64,000 bases of DNA from Selaginella moellendorffii. Taxonomy: Eukaryota > Plantae > Lycopodiophyta. The stretch covers positions 62,001-126,000 of the forward strand of contig NW_003314379.1 of NCBI RefSeq assembly GCF_000143415.4, read 5' to 3'. The notes under the pieces are model-generated. The model did no database searches. It worked only from the letters and a program-made list of their open reading frames with translations, and was not told the DNA's origin. The position numbers were made by a program, and so were the translations under genes. Positions within the stretch are counted from its first letter, which is position 1; each line of letters opens with the position of its first letter. Positions 22,260 to 34,790 of this stretch are shown here, piece by piece.

Positions 22260-24185
22260 TTAATCACTGTCTTCTTCAGCGGCACCCGCATTAGCTCCGC
22301 CCCCATAGTTCATCCATGGGAAGACGGACTCCACGAAAACAGCAAACGCGTTCCGGTCTACCAAAGGAACGTCCAAAGGAACCTCCACATTTGGTCCTCC
22401 TCCTGCAGCCCCCGCTTCTTCATCCGGAGGCAGCGTGGGTGTTCTATCAGAGAACTCTGATACTGAAAGATGCTGATACCTGAAAACAAGTAAAGATCGT
22501 CAGTCAGCAAAACAAGTTATAAAGCTGGTGACATACTCGTTGTGGTCAGCTTGGAATGCTTCCGCTCGAGCACAAGCCCAGGTCGCAGACTCTCCACCCC
22601 TCGCTTCACACACGGCCACTGCAGCGTCTTTCAGCCAGGCCTGGAGTTCCGGGACTCTCCAGATGAGATAATTCCTCTCGATGTAGATGTTGATCAAGTG
22701 CTCCAGGCTCGGCCCCCCGGAAGTCGCCCTTGCAAAGTGCCGGTGCTTGAGCACTTTGCTCCACGCTGCATCCTCCTTAATCGGAGCTCGCGCGACGATC
22801 TTGCTCAGCACCGAAGGATGAAGCATCAGAGCCTGCTGCAGGAGATCCGAGGACGGGACTGTTTCACTGGTTGCATTTGGAGCTGCCTCTTCCTTCTGCT
22901 CCAGATAGTAGCGCGCAACTGCCAGCGAGAAGGAAAAGTTTGGAAGGAGAGCCACCGACTGGTCGTCGTAGAAACTCTCCACGAAAGCCTCCAGCCACGA
23001 GTACTGCCCCGCTCTCAAAGCGTAGTAGTCGATGCAGAACCTGGCACCAGTTGGATCGTCTAGATCGAGTGACAGCAGCACCTTGCAAAACTCCATGGCT
23101 GTTCGGTGGCAGCCTCGCCTTCCCAGGTGCTGCATGTAGCTGAAGAGAGCCGAGAAGAGTGGCCGGTTCTCCTTGCACGAGTAGTCGAGCCGGGACTTTC
23201 CAGCCAGCGGATCAAACAAGGGACTCCACGCGCATTCCAGTGCGTAGAGGCACCTCTCCAGCAAGGTGGCCGCTTGCTGGTGCTCGCCAATGTGTTTGTA
23301 AACGTCGGCCAAGGCGAGCAGCGAGTCCGCATGGTAAGGATGAGCCAGGAGCAGCGACGCAATCTTGTTGGGATCGTGGGAGGAGACGCATGCCTCGAAT
23401 GCCTTCTGGACTTCCAAGTAGTCTGCCGAGTACACGTACCTGGAAAGCAAGAAACAGCGTCACGTAAAGAGAATCCATAGCTCGTTCTAGCGTAGTACCT
23501 GAAAGTCATGACACCGTCCTTGGCATGAACAAGCTCCATCGACACACCTCCGTCCCATCTCGGCCAATTCCCCATCGGCACAACCAAGCATTTCCTGCCG
23601 CTACGCGGAGCCGAGAGTCTTCCCTGCCGCTGGCGAGCACTCTTTTCCACCGAGTGGATCGCCTTGGAGCCGAAGATGAGCCTGAGTTCTTCTTTGGGCC
23701 GTAAGTCCTTGGCATCCACCGAGATGACGGCCGCTCGTCTATCCATCTCCTGCTGCTGGACTGAAACATTCTCCAAGAGCTTGGACAAGATCTCATCGCT
23801 CCCCTCTTCCTTGTCAGTCTCTAGTTTACTCGATGCGTCATTCTTCTTGCTCTTGTTCTTCTTCTTCTTCTTCGTCTTGTTCTTGCTCTTGTTCTTCTCT
23901 CCTAGATTGGCATCTGGCTTGGAGATCGCAGGCGCTTCTTCTGCTTCTTCCTGTTGTTCCACCTCTTCTTCCTCCTCGTTCTCACCGTCCTATAGTTCCT
24001 CTGTGAATTCTAAAACCTAGGAGCAAGGAAGAGAGAAACCATACCTGAGCTGCGAGAAGGCTGAAAATGCTCGGCCCAGCTGATTCCTTGGTGGTGCCGG
24101 CGGTAGCGGCGTCATCTTGCTCCTCGTCTTCGTCGATTTGGCTCTCCCGCTCGCGCAGCGCCCGCCTCAGCATCCGGGCCGACAT
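22260..24185 (-). CDS. TCF25: TCF25/Rqc1 (ribosome quality control, DUF654) homolog, multi-exon
   Basis: MSARMLRR start; DLRPKEELRLIFGSK, HPYHADSLL, LERCLYALECAW, RRGCHRTAMEFCKVLLSLD, IDYYALRA, LPNFSFSLA; last exon ends FVESVFPWMNYGG..EEDSD*. Confidence 0.9.
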
Positions 24186-24233
24186 GGCTGCCTAGCTCCA
24201 CTTGCCCTAAATTCATTTGACCGCAATGGAGCA

Positions 24234-26219
24234 ATGCTGGAATACATTGCCGGGCTTCTCCGGCAGTATGGCGACGCGCGGAATGCCGCCGGTGCCGCGC
24301 GGCTCCACGCCCAGATCCTGCGTAGCAGCCAGCGGCACAATGTCTACCTCGCCAACACTCTCATGCACAGCTATGGCCGCTGCGGCTGCGTGGATGAGGC
24401 CCGCCGCGTGTTTGACGCCATCCCCCAGCGCAATCCCTTCTCCTGGAACATCCTCGCCACCGCCTACATTCACAATGGATTCCTGCAAGAGGCAAAGGGA
24501 GTCCTGGACAGGATGCCGCAGCCCAGCGCGGTGTCGTGGAATCTTATGCTGGCGGCATACAGCAGAGAGGGGCTCACCGCCGAGGCCAGAGCTATGTTTG
24601 ATTCCATGCCCGAGCTCAATTCCATAGCCTGGAATTCCATCCTTTCAGGCTATGCCCACACTGGGCATTGTGTGACTGAAGTTCTAACTGTGTTCCAACG
24701 TATGCCTGGCCACGACGTGATCAGCTGGAATACCCTTCTTCTTGCGATCTCCGAGACAGGTGACGCCGGCGGTACTAAGCGCGTCTTTGACGGCATGGCA
24801 CAGCGCACTCTAGTATCTTGGACTTGCGCCATGCAAGCAAATGCGAGGACCGGGAATGTGGCGGCAGCGAGGGACGTGTTTGACAAGATGCCGCTGCGTG
24901 ACGTGGTGGCGTGGACAGCCATGCTCCAAGCCTATGCCCAGGATTTGGATAGTCTTGAGGCCTTGTTCCGCGTCATGCCACAGCGTGACGCAGCGTCATG
25001 GTCCCTCGTGATCAGTGCCTATGGTGAAGGTGGCGACGCATGGAAGGCCAAGCACACCTTTGATGCCATGCCTGGCAGCTCCAGGAATCTAAGCTGCTGG
25101 AACGCTCTGTGCCACGCCTATCTCTACAATGGCCAGCTCGCTGAGGCTGGCGGTGTGCTCCACCGGATGAGCAAGCGCGACGTGGTGGCGTGGAATGGCA
25201 TGCTGTCGTGCTGCGTGCAGCGCGGCGAGGTGGAGACCGCCGAGGCGCTGCTGAGGGACACGCTGCCGGAGAGAAGCCCGGTGAGCTGGAGCACTGTGGT
25301 GTGTGGGTATGCACAGAGCCGTGACGCGCGGCACGGCGCGGATGCCAGCCGCGTCATGGGCTCCATGCCGGCGTGGACGCTTGTGTGCTGCAACGTGATG
25401 ATCTCCTCTCTAGCACAACGAGGAAAGCTAGATGATGCTCGAGAAATCTTCCACAGGCTTCCAGCGAGTGAGAGAGACGTAGTGTCATGGACTGCCCTCT
25501 TCCATGCTTGTGCTCTCAACAATTGCCTTGACGAGGCCGCACTCGTCTTCTTCCGCGACATGCCCGACAAGAACCACGTCTCGTGGAATGCCATGGCGGC
25601 AGCGTATGCCCGAGCAGGGCATACCGCCGAAGCCAAAGCCGTGCTCGAGCAAATGCCGTGCCACGACGTTGTAGCTCTTACTCTCATCTTTCACCTCGCC
25701 GTCCAGAGCGGCCGCTTGGAACACGCTCGGAGCTTGTTCGACAACGTTGTGCCGGAGAAGGATCTGGTGGCTTGGAATGCAATGATCGGGGCGTATGCCC
25801 AGAACGGGCAAGGTGACGAGGCACTGCTGCTCTACCGCGAAATGCACATCCAAGGCATGGATCCAGACGACGTGACAATGTCGAGCATTCTGGCAGCACA
25901 CAGCCGACTCGGCCAAGTCGAGCAAGGGAGAAGCCACTTCGTTGCCATGCCGATGGATCACGGGATCACGCCATCGGAGGAGCACTACGCGTGCATGGTG
26001 GACGCACTGGGACGTTCCGGGCAGCTGGTAGCGGCAGAGGAACTCCTCGCCACCTTTCCGTTCCATCCCAGCTACGTTGCATGGGGGAGCTTTCTTGCGG
26101 GTTGCCGGATCAATCAGGACGTCGCGCGTGGGGAACGAGCTGCACAGATCGCTGCGGTATTGGATCCCAGCAAGTGTGCACCTTATGTGCTCCTTTCACA
26201 ATCGCCGAGAGAGCTGTGA
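24234..26219 (+). CDS. PLS-class pentatricopeptide repeat protein with E domain, intronless
   Basis: Repeated ~31-aa motifs FDxMPxRxxVSWxAM; HYACMVDALGRSGQL; PYVLLS at the end. Confidence 0.93.
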   Translation: MLEYIAGLLRQYGDARNAAGAARLHAQILRSSQRHNVYLANTLMHSYGRCGCVDEARRVFDAIPQRNPFSWNILATAYIHNGFLQEAKGVLDRMPQPSAVSWNLMLAAYSREGLTAEARAMFDSMPELNSIAWNSILSGYAHTGHCVTEVLTVFQRMPGHDVISWNTLLLAISETGDAGGTKRVFDGMAQRTLVSWTCAMQANARTGNVAAARDVFDKMPLRDVVAWTAMLQAYAQDLDSLEALFRVMPQRDAASWSLVISAYGEGGDAWKAKHTFDAMPGSSRNLSCWNALCHAYLYNGQLAEAGGVLHRMSKRDVVAWNGMLSCCVQRGEVETAEALLRDTLPERSPVSWSTVVCGYAQSRDARHGADASRVMGSMPAWTLVCCNVMISSLAQRGKLDDAREIFHRLPASERDVVSWTALFHACALNNCLDEAALVFFRDMPDKNHVSWNAMAAAYARAGHTAEAKAVLEQMPCHDVVALTLIFHLAVQSGRLEHARSLFDNVVPEKDLVAWNAMIGAYAQNGQGDEALLLYREMHIQGMDPDDVTMSSILAAHSRLGQVEQGRSHFVAMPMDHGITPSEEHYACMVDALGRSGQLVAAEELLATFPFHPSYVAWGSFLAGCRINQDVARGERAAQIAAVLDPSKCAPYVLLSQSPREL

Positions 26220-26244
26220 AGCTCAAGAGAAAATGCTCCTGGTA

Positions 26245-26985
26245 AGCTCCACTCGCTTCCCTTGCTACTGTAAGAATGCGAAATTCACTCGCTGGCTACA
26301 GGTGCTCGGGAAAACGCTCCATGCGCGGCCCACCAAAGCAAAAGTTTGAAGGCTTTTGGTCAGCCTCTCGGAGTGTCACGGGTTGTGCTGCCTCCACATC
26401 TACGCCTGGCACCCTGTGAGCTATGGCTCTCCACAACCTCCTCTACTGCGTTATCTTCATCACAGTCTTGGACGTCTCTGCCGTCCAGCAGCTCCTCGAG
26501 GAGTGTCCCTTGCTCATCTTCTTCTGCGAGGGAGCATGGTGGTGTGGGAGGAATCACACGTAAAGCTTCTCAAGGGCCGCAACCTCGACTGGTTGGAGAT
26601 TCACGGTCGTTGTGGCCATCGCCATCCATCGATATGCCCAATCTTTAGTGGCTCATTGTCAGCCTGCGGCTGTGCGTGGAGCTGTGGCCTTTTATGTGCA
26701 ATGTCGGGTAATTGCGGTTGCAGGTAATAATGATTTTTTTTCTTTGCAGGCACTAAACGTGAATGAGTGGAGTGTTCATCTAGGAGTGTTCCTGCTGCAT
26801 TTGAGGAGCTCTTGCAAAGTTTTCCTGGTTGCAACAAAGTACACAGGGGATGCTATGGTCCATCCTGGAAGCTAGCTAGAGTTAAGTTTGAGGCTCCAGA
26901 CACAGCAATCCAGCACTGGTGCAAACTCATGCCTCCGCGTCAAAAGATGCACTTGGCAGTGACCAAAAATGTAAGTACACGTTTC
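26245..26985 (+). pseudogene. Decayed inverted copy of the F-box gene
   Basis: RFPCYCKNA..TRWLQVLGKTLH, VWEESHVKLLK, VPAAFEELLQSFPG, TAIQHWC match 20535-21770. Frameshifted and lacks the F-box domain. Confidence 0.88.
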
Positions 26986-27326
26986 GCATTGTTCAGAACA
27001 GCATAAGATTCTTAGGAACATTACAGCTCAATTGTTCACTCATCACCCATCCCTTCCAACCATGACGTATAGGAAAGGGTGAAAGCGTTAAAACTGGGTT
27101 GAGAAAGACGTTGAAGTGATCATGCTGTTGCGTTGTTGCTATCCAGGAGATTAAAGATAAGGATGCCAGCTGCTTATAGTACAAATTAACATCTAGATTC
27201 CATCTTAGCTGACTGTAGCACAAACAGACACTACAGTCCTGTCGTGCGTGTTTCACGTTGCCCATAGGTACTACAAAAGGATACCACACCATAAAAGGAT
27301 GACTCGTTCATCTGTGTGTAGGGAAA

Positions 27327-28846
27327 ATGGCGACTCCGGTATCTGCAACCGCAACTTTGCCTCGCCACATGACAATCAAGGGTGAGAATGGGAGGTATTT
27401 GGCACTCAAATCGGATGGGCTCCTCACATTTGATGCTGACCAGAGGAGTTTCCTCACATGCCACGAGGTGATATACAATTTCGACGACTCCGAAGGCACC
27501 TTCTCTGTACGTGCTTCAAACGGCAGATTTTGGAGTCGTGATGCTAGTAACTGGATTCGAGCGAATGGTAGCACGGAGCCACCCGCTACGACCGACAAGA
27601 GGACCCGCTTCAAGCTCGTGAGGTTTGAATCAGGTCGGCTGGGATTCCTGTCTGCACTTGATGATCGATACCTCAAGCGCTACGACGCCAGCATCCGTGG
27701 GTACAACGCCCTGCAATCTCAGCCTGACCCTTTCACTCAAGTTGAGGTGAGCGATGGTTCCGAGCATGCAATTCACCTCCCACGTTTCATCACGTTCAAG
27801 GGAGACAATGACCAGTTTCTGCTTGTACGCAAGGAATGGAACAACGAAAACTGGTGGCTCCAGTTCAGTGGTCAGGAAAACGATTTGTCCAGGGATGAGG
27901 CCATCAACAGGGTAGTTCAGATGGTGGATGGCAGTTTGGCATTCTACAACATTCACAGACAAGCTTATTGGCGCAACAGGGCTCTTGACAACAATTCCTG
28001 GGTATGGGCAGAATTCCAAGGAGCCGTGGAAGGAGATTCGAGATGCCATTTCTGGCCCATAAGGCTGAGCACCCAAATGTTGGCCCTCACGAGCAAATCC
28101 AACAACAGGATATGCAAGAGGCTGACCAACTATTGGACTAACTGCTTGTCCGCTAGTGCAAATGGCACAAACGATGTAACAACGCGTCTTATCATCAGCG
28201 AAGCTACGCTCTCACGATCGATTTTCAACGTCAAGTACCTTCTCGAGTTGGCTAGCACCATGGATCAGAGGTTACTCATGGTTGGCGAGGGCTCGGTGAT
28301 CAATAGGCGGGACGAGCCGGCAGACATGACTGTGACTGTAACTGTGTTCCAGAATCTTTCCACGCAGAGGACATTCTCAAACTCGTACACCATCACCCAG
28401 AAGATTTCCACCGAGTTCACAGCCGGCATCCCGGGGATCGCTGCAAATCAGACTACTATCGAGATCGGCGCTGAGCAAAGCTTTACTACGGAGTGGGGTG
28501 AAACAGCACAGGAAGGCGTGCAATTCCAGACAGAGTACGTTGTCCGTAATGTCCAGCCTCAAATGACGGTACGTTTCAAGTTTAAATTGGCTCGTTATAC
28601 TAATGGATTATCTTAATGTAGGCCAAAGCCACCGTGTTCGCGAGCACTGCAAGGATGCGTGTCCCCTTCACTTATACAAGCAGGGAGAGGGGTGCCAACG
28701 GGATTGATCGACCATCTGAGAACCATATTGATGGGGTCTTTGATGGTGTGTCGGCATTCAACATCCATGCAATTTTAAGTGACGGTGAATCGGAAAGAGA
28801 CGTTCCTTTGAGTTTGGCCAATGGCTTTTATCGCAAGGAAGATTAA
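27327..28846 (+). CDS. Amaranthin-type double agglutinin + aerolysin-like pore-forming protein (Hfr-2-like), 2 exons
   Basis: Two agglutinin repeats (LPRHMTIKGENGRYL..NGRFWSRDASNWIRA; LPRFITFKGDNDQFL..NNRICKRLT..NCLSA) then a Ser/Thr-rich aerolysin beta module (TEFTAGIPGI..EWGET..RVPFTYTSRE..DGVFDGV). Phase-0 intron 28569-28621. Confidence 0.9.
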
Positions 28847-29285
28847 GAGCGTCTCATGCTTCTTGGGGGGGATATGTGAATGAATGAATAAAAGTAAATA
28901 AGAGATTAAATGCTACTTTATTAAATCACCAAAAGCTTTTAGGACAGTAGGACATCGCGAAGGAGTTTTTCTGATCAGAGCTACCAAAAGTATCGAAAGA
29001 ATCCGTAAGCTCCATGCGGGGTGCTAGGTAGAACATCAATCACCATAGTTAACTGGTTGGTTTTAAGGAATCTTAATCTTTCGGATGATTTTTCGGAGAG
29101 CGACGACATAGATTTTCTGTGGGAGCTTACATGAGGAGCAGCGCTACCGCAAGTTCCTTCAAGGTACATCTTTTGGTGTTTGATCTGGCTACACAGTGCG
29201 GCTGTGGTGCACCGGAAGGAAATGTAAGTTCACTTTGATTTTGATCAAAACACGGAAGTCAACTTAAGAGGAAATGCTATCTCAG

Positions 29286-30141
29286 TCAGCATTCAAGATC
29301 CTTGGGAACATCACAGCCCAAAGTTGCCTTGATGTCGTCCTTGCTTACTCGGACGCGTTCGAGCGCTCCCACGGGCTTGTTGACGTTTGCCATTGCTTGT
29401 GCGATCTTCTCACCGCTTGGAAGCAAATCTGGGTTTGAGAAGTGGTAGACTTTGCTGGGATCAAGGTTTGAACACAGATCTCTCATCGCATTCTGGATGT
29501 AGAGCACCCGCTTCATGACCTCGCCACGGCCTGGGCTTCCCTGAGGCTAGCTGAGAAGATAGCACAGAGCCAGGAACCAACCTTGGACATGATTGATCTG
29601 TGAAAAGATTGAAAGCTGTAAGAACTTTTAGGATCACAAAACCTCGATTTTATACCTGAGTGGAAAGCTCGCTGGAATTGTCCTCCAAGAACTCCTTGTA
29701 TGTCATGATGCTGCCATACAAAGAGATGAAAGACACCACATTAGTGGAGAACGCGTTCCTGACTTCCCTCAGAAGCTTGGACGTCGCGAAGTAGTTCTTC
29801 ACATCAGTTCTCTCGTGAGCTTGGAAGTGGTACCAAAAGTATCGAAAGAATAAGCAAGCTCCATACGTGCGTACGTACCGCCTCTGGAGCTCGGTGCCGC
29901 TCCTAAGTGTAACAATCACTCAAGTCAATCGAACATCTTGGATGGTTCTCACCTCCGGTAGTGAAGGAAGTCGTGAGTTACCAAGTTTTCCAAGAAATCC
30001 TTAAGCTCCGAAGCAGCCAATCAGCAGTGGGATGACAGACACTGCTTGATCTTCTACGTTGTCTCTATAGCTCACGAGAAGCGCTCCCAGGAATGCTACA
30101 GCCAGGCCAGGGACGGCCAACAACACCCATGCCTGATCCAT
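29286..30141 (-). other. Uncharacterised spliced gene or pseudogene with N-terminal hydrophobic segment
   Basis: Coding-like ORFs MDQAWVLLAVPGLAVAFLGALL, 29650-29919 and 29286-29516 with plausible splice sites, but an in-frame TAG near 29549. Has a duplicate remnant at 20.3 kb. Confidence 0.4.
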
Positions 30142-30220
30142 CCAATGGATTAGGGTTTCTATAATCCAATGTGTTAAAAGGAGGTTTAGGGCTTCCTGGA
30201 GCGAGCGAGCGATCGGCCTG

Positions 30221-33200
30221 ATGCTTCTCTCCTGCGACCTGGTAGCGTCGCCCCGCCAGGTACAATTGGCATTGGATTGGAGAATCGCAGCTCCATGTCG
30301 TGGCTGGAGAAGGAAGAGCATCACTAGCGTCAGTAGTAGCAGTAGACGAAGGAGGGGCCGCCTTGGAGCCCTTCTAGTGGGTCAGCTAGCGCTCATCCAT
30401 CGCCGTCGTCTCAATCCTCGCCAGCATTCATCGCTCGATTGCTCCAGCAACGGCAACCAATCCGCGCTGCTACGCAGCGACCAAGACAATGGCGGCGCTG
30501 TTGGAGGCGATGGAGGCGATGGCTTGTCCGCGGCTTTTGGCGGAGATGGCGACGTTGGTGGCCGGGATGGCGACGATGGCGGAGGTGGACGAGGACAGCA
30601 GCAGCAGCAGCAGGGAGTGGTGGACAAGGACGTGCAGCTTGCGTACCTCAAAGAGGTGGCGAGAATCGCTCATTCGGAGCTGGAGCGCGCGAGGTTGCAC
30701 AGCAGGGAGCTCGAAGGCGAAGCACAGAGATTTGCCGAGCGAGCCATTGCGCTGGGCGATGAGGCTACCAACATCTCCACTGCAGCTGCCAATGCCAGAA
30801 CCGCCATCGACAAACTCCACGCTCAAGAGGCCGCGGCCAGAGAAGCCGTGGAGAAAGAAAGCGTGGTGCTATCGGCTGCCAAGAGGAACATCAAGATGGT
30901 GGAGCAAGAGCTGGATGCCGCGAGAACGAGAGCCGAGGAAACGGCTGAAGGTCCGTCCGAGCAAGTGAAGGAACAGCAAGCTCTTCTGGAGTCTGCGTGG
31001 TTGGAGCTCCAAAAGTCCGAGGAAGCGTTTCGAAACTGCCAGCTCGAGGTGTCTCGAATGGAGAACGCTTATCCGGAGCTCCAGACCGAGCTTGATCGCC
31101 TAGAGAAACTTGCCGACGCAGCCAAAGCCGTGGCACTCGCTGCCGAGGACGATGTTGCCAAGGCGATGTCGCTGGCGGAGCAAGCCGTGGCGGTGGAACT
31201 CGAGGCAGCACAGCGTCTCAACGATGCAGAGATTGCTCTACAAAAGGCTGAAACACCTCCTGCCGCCACTGTTACTACCACGGCCGCTACCACGACCTCG
31301 ACCACCACCACCACCACCACTGCCACCGTCGAGAAAAATGGCTTGATTGCTGATCAGATGGTAGAGTCCACCACCGAAACAGAGCGTATAGTGGAGGAGC
31401 TCGTTAAAGTGGAGATCAAGGACAAAGAGCCGTTTATTCCCGTTAAATCCAAGACGAATATGGAGAAGTCCGAGGCAGAACTACCAGGGGTTCCAGTCGG
31501 GCTTTTCTCACAGAAATCAGACACGAAAGCAGCCGAGGTCGGGAATCTCAAGTCTTTTACCAAGAAATCTTCTCGGTTTTTTCCAGCGTCCTTCTTTTCG
31601 TCCGACGAAGCGGAAGAGTTCTCGCCGTCCTCACTCTTCTCAGGGTTATTGCTATCGGTCAGACAAAATATTCTTAAAGTTGCCATTGGTGGAGTACTTC
31701 TCCTTGGTGGGTACGTACTTTGATTACCATTCAATTGTTTTCTAGCTTTTTAACACGTTTTTCTTTGCCAGAGCGGTTTTTGTCGCTGGCAGAGCAGAAA
31801 AAGCTAGCCAGCTTATTCATTCTTCTGAGGCTTATGTCGCCACAAGTGCTAAACCTCTCTTGCAAAAACTAGACAAGTTACCCTCCAGGATCAAGGTCGT
31901 GATTGACAAATTGTCAAAGCAAGAGGTATGGGTCGAAGTGCATGCGTGGTCTTTAATGTTTGTATTGCATGATGTGCAGGTCAACGAAGAGGAGGCCTCT
32001 CTCTTTGATGTTTTGTGGCTGCTCTTGGCCAGCGTGGTCTTTGTTCCCGTTTTTCAAAAGATTCCTGGAGGTAGAACATGCGTTTTACAATGACAAGAAA
32101 ATCAACTGCTCCTGACTCTCTCGGATGTCTTCTTACTGTTAAGTGTTACAGGAAGTCCTGTCCTCGGGTATTTGGCCGCTGGGGTGCTAATTGGTCCGCA
32201 CTCGCTCCATATAATCCGAAACGTACACGGAACCAAAGCTATTGCTGAATTTGGCGTCGTCTTTCTACTTTTTAACATTGGCCTCGAGGTATTGCTGCAT
32301 TTTCTTCCTCAATACCACTTAACGTGTACTTTTTGGTCGTTGTTTTATAGCTTTCAGTGGAAAGACTAAGCTCGATGAGAAAATATGTCTTTGGCTTTGG
32401 ATCGAGTCAGGTGCGTCATTCCCCACTTGTCTTTTCTTATTCTAACTTTTTACTACAGGTCTTGGCTACGGCACTAGCGTCTGGCTTGTTTGCGTACTAC
32501 GTCTCAGGACTTACACTTCCTGCTGCTATTGTAATCGGCAATGGATTGGCGCTCTCGTCCACGGCCGTCGTCCTGCAGGTACGTGAAGGATATTTCTTCT
32601 AAGCGATAGAGTAATCTTTGTCTTTTTCAGGTGCTCCAAGAGCGTGGTGAAAGCACATCTCGTCATGGCCGTTCGGCATTTTCAGTTTTACTCTTTCAGG
32701 TGAGGTCAAAGTTTTCTTCTATTCGATTAACTTAACTTCCAATCGGTTTCAGGATCTGGCAGTCGTAGTTCTTCTCATTCTGATACCTCTCCTGTCACCA
32801 AATTCGTCAAGAGGCGGGGTAAGTCGTGAATCCGACTTGGTGCCTGTCTTATGTTGATGCGATCTAGGCTGGACTCAACGCGATTGCCGAAGCTCTTGGA
32901 ATAGCGGCTGTGAAAGGAGTGATTGCCATCAGTGGGATAATTGCGGGTGGTAGACTGGTTAGTACTTTTGCTAAAATACGTAAAATCGAGGGACGAACTT
33001 AATCTGTGCTAATTGCAGCTTCTTCGTCCTATATACCGGAGTATGGCTGAAAATCACAATGCCGAAATATTTGCGGCAAACACTCTGCTCGTTGTTCTTG
33101 GAACTAGCGTTCTCACTGCCAGGGTACCTGAAAACTTCCGTTTTGGTTAGCTGAGTAATTTGCTTTGTGCAGGCCGGGCTTTCTATGGCCCTTGGCGCGT

Positions 33201-34790
33201 TTCTTGCTGGACTCCTTTTGTCAGAAACCGAGTTCGCTCTGCAAGTTGAATCCGATATTGCACCATATCGGGGTCTTCTTCTGGGACTTTTCTTTATGAC
33301 AGTAAGTGGTTTCCTCTAAAAACAATATCTTCCGAGCTCATTATCTGGCGTAACACCTGCAGGTTGGGATGTCTATAGATCCGCAGCTGTTTTTAGCCAA
33401 GTCCAACATCATCCTGGGGTCATTGGCTTTGCTGATTGTTGGCAAAGCCATGTTGATAGCTTGTCTGGGTCGTCAGTTTGGTCTTTCTAGTGTAGCAGCA
33501 CTTCGTACTGGTCTTTTACTTGCTCCTGGCGGGGAGTTTGCTTTTGTTGCCTTCGGCGAAGCAGTGAACCAGGTACGCAGCTTCAAGTTATCAGCTTTAA
33601 CTTGGCTTTGCAAATGCCGTGCAGGGAATCATGAGCCAACAGCTATCTTCCCTCATGTTCCTGATTGTTGGCTTGTCCATGGCATTAACTCCTTGGCTTG
33701 CTGCGGCCGGACAAATAATCTCAACAAAGTTCGACCAGCAGGACGTCCGAAGCCTGCTACCTGCAGAGAACGAGGTATTTCTCATGTTTAACTCGAAAGA
33801 GCCCAATACACGTACGTCCGCATGCAGACGGATGATCTAGAAGGCCACATGATAGTTTGTGGATTTGGTCGAGTCGGCCAGGTGCGTTTCGCTGTGAACC
33901 TTCACAGAATCACTAGAACGTTTGTCGCATTGTGCAGATCATCTCGCAAATGCTGTCGGAGCGACTGATTCCCTTCGTTGCGCTTGATGTCCGAAGGTTG
34001 GTGCTTGTTTTCTAAGAGCCGGTTTTTAAATCGTCGTGTGCAGTGAGCGTGTAAGCATGGGCCGAGCTCTCGATCTCCCTGTTTACTTTGGAGACGCCGG
34101 AAGTAAAGAGGTTTGTTTTGTTTCCAGCACTCTGCTGTTTGTTCTTTCCACAAAGCGTTGCTTTTCAGGTGCTACACAAGCTCGGTGCCGACAGGGCAGC
34201 TGCTGCGGTGATCACTCTCGACACCCCCGGAGCAAACTACAGGGCTGTGTGGGCTCTGAGCAAATATTTTCCCAAAGTCAAGACTTATGTGCGTGCTCAC
34301 GACGTCGATCACGGCATCAACCTGGAGAAAGCAGGAGCAACCGCTGTAAGTCGCTTTGGCCCTTCTACGCAAAAAGTCACCTTGGGTTTTGGTTGGCATT
34401 ACAGGTTGTTCCCGAGACGTTGGAACCGAGCCTGCAGTTGGCGGCAGCAGTACTTGCCGAGGTAATCAGCCTACACTTGATGTTGTCTCATGTTTTTTTG
34501 CATTGTTGTATATATCTAGGCAAAACTTCCCGCATCTGAAATAGCCTCCACTATAAACGAGTTTCGATCAAGACATCTTGCAGAGCTGACAGAGGTACCA
34601 TTTCCAGTGCGTATTCTTTTTCACTTCTTGTCTTTCTGTGCGCGTGCAGCTTACCAAGAAAAGTGGTACATCTCTTGGCTATGGCTTCTCCCAAAACGTT
34701 GGAGCGAAACCAAAGCAAAGCAGTGCAGGCAAGAGTGAAGACGATGGCTCCCCAGACCGTAGGTTCGAAGGTGTCATCGCAGTTCCTTGA
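30221..34790 (+). CDS. KEA2: Plastid K+ efflux antiporter KEA1/KEA2-like, multi-exon
   Basis: Long coiled-coil first exon; [13 protein letters not shown]; [21 protein letters not shown]; [15 protein letters not shown]; [18 protein letters not shown]; Trk[46 protein letters not shown]; ends EGVIAVP*. Start codon approximate. Confidence 0.93.
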
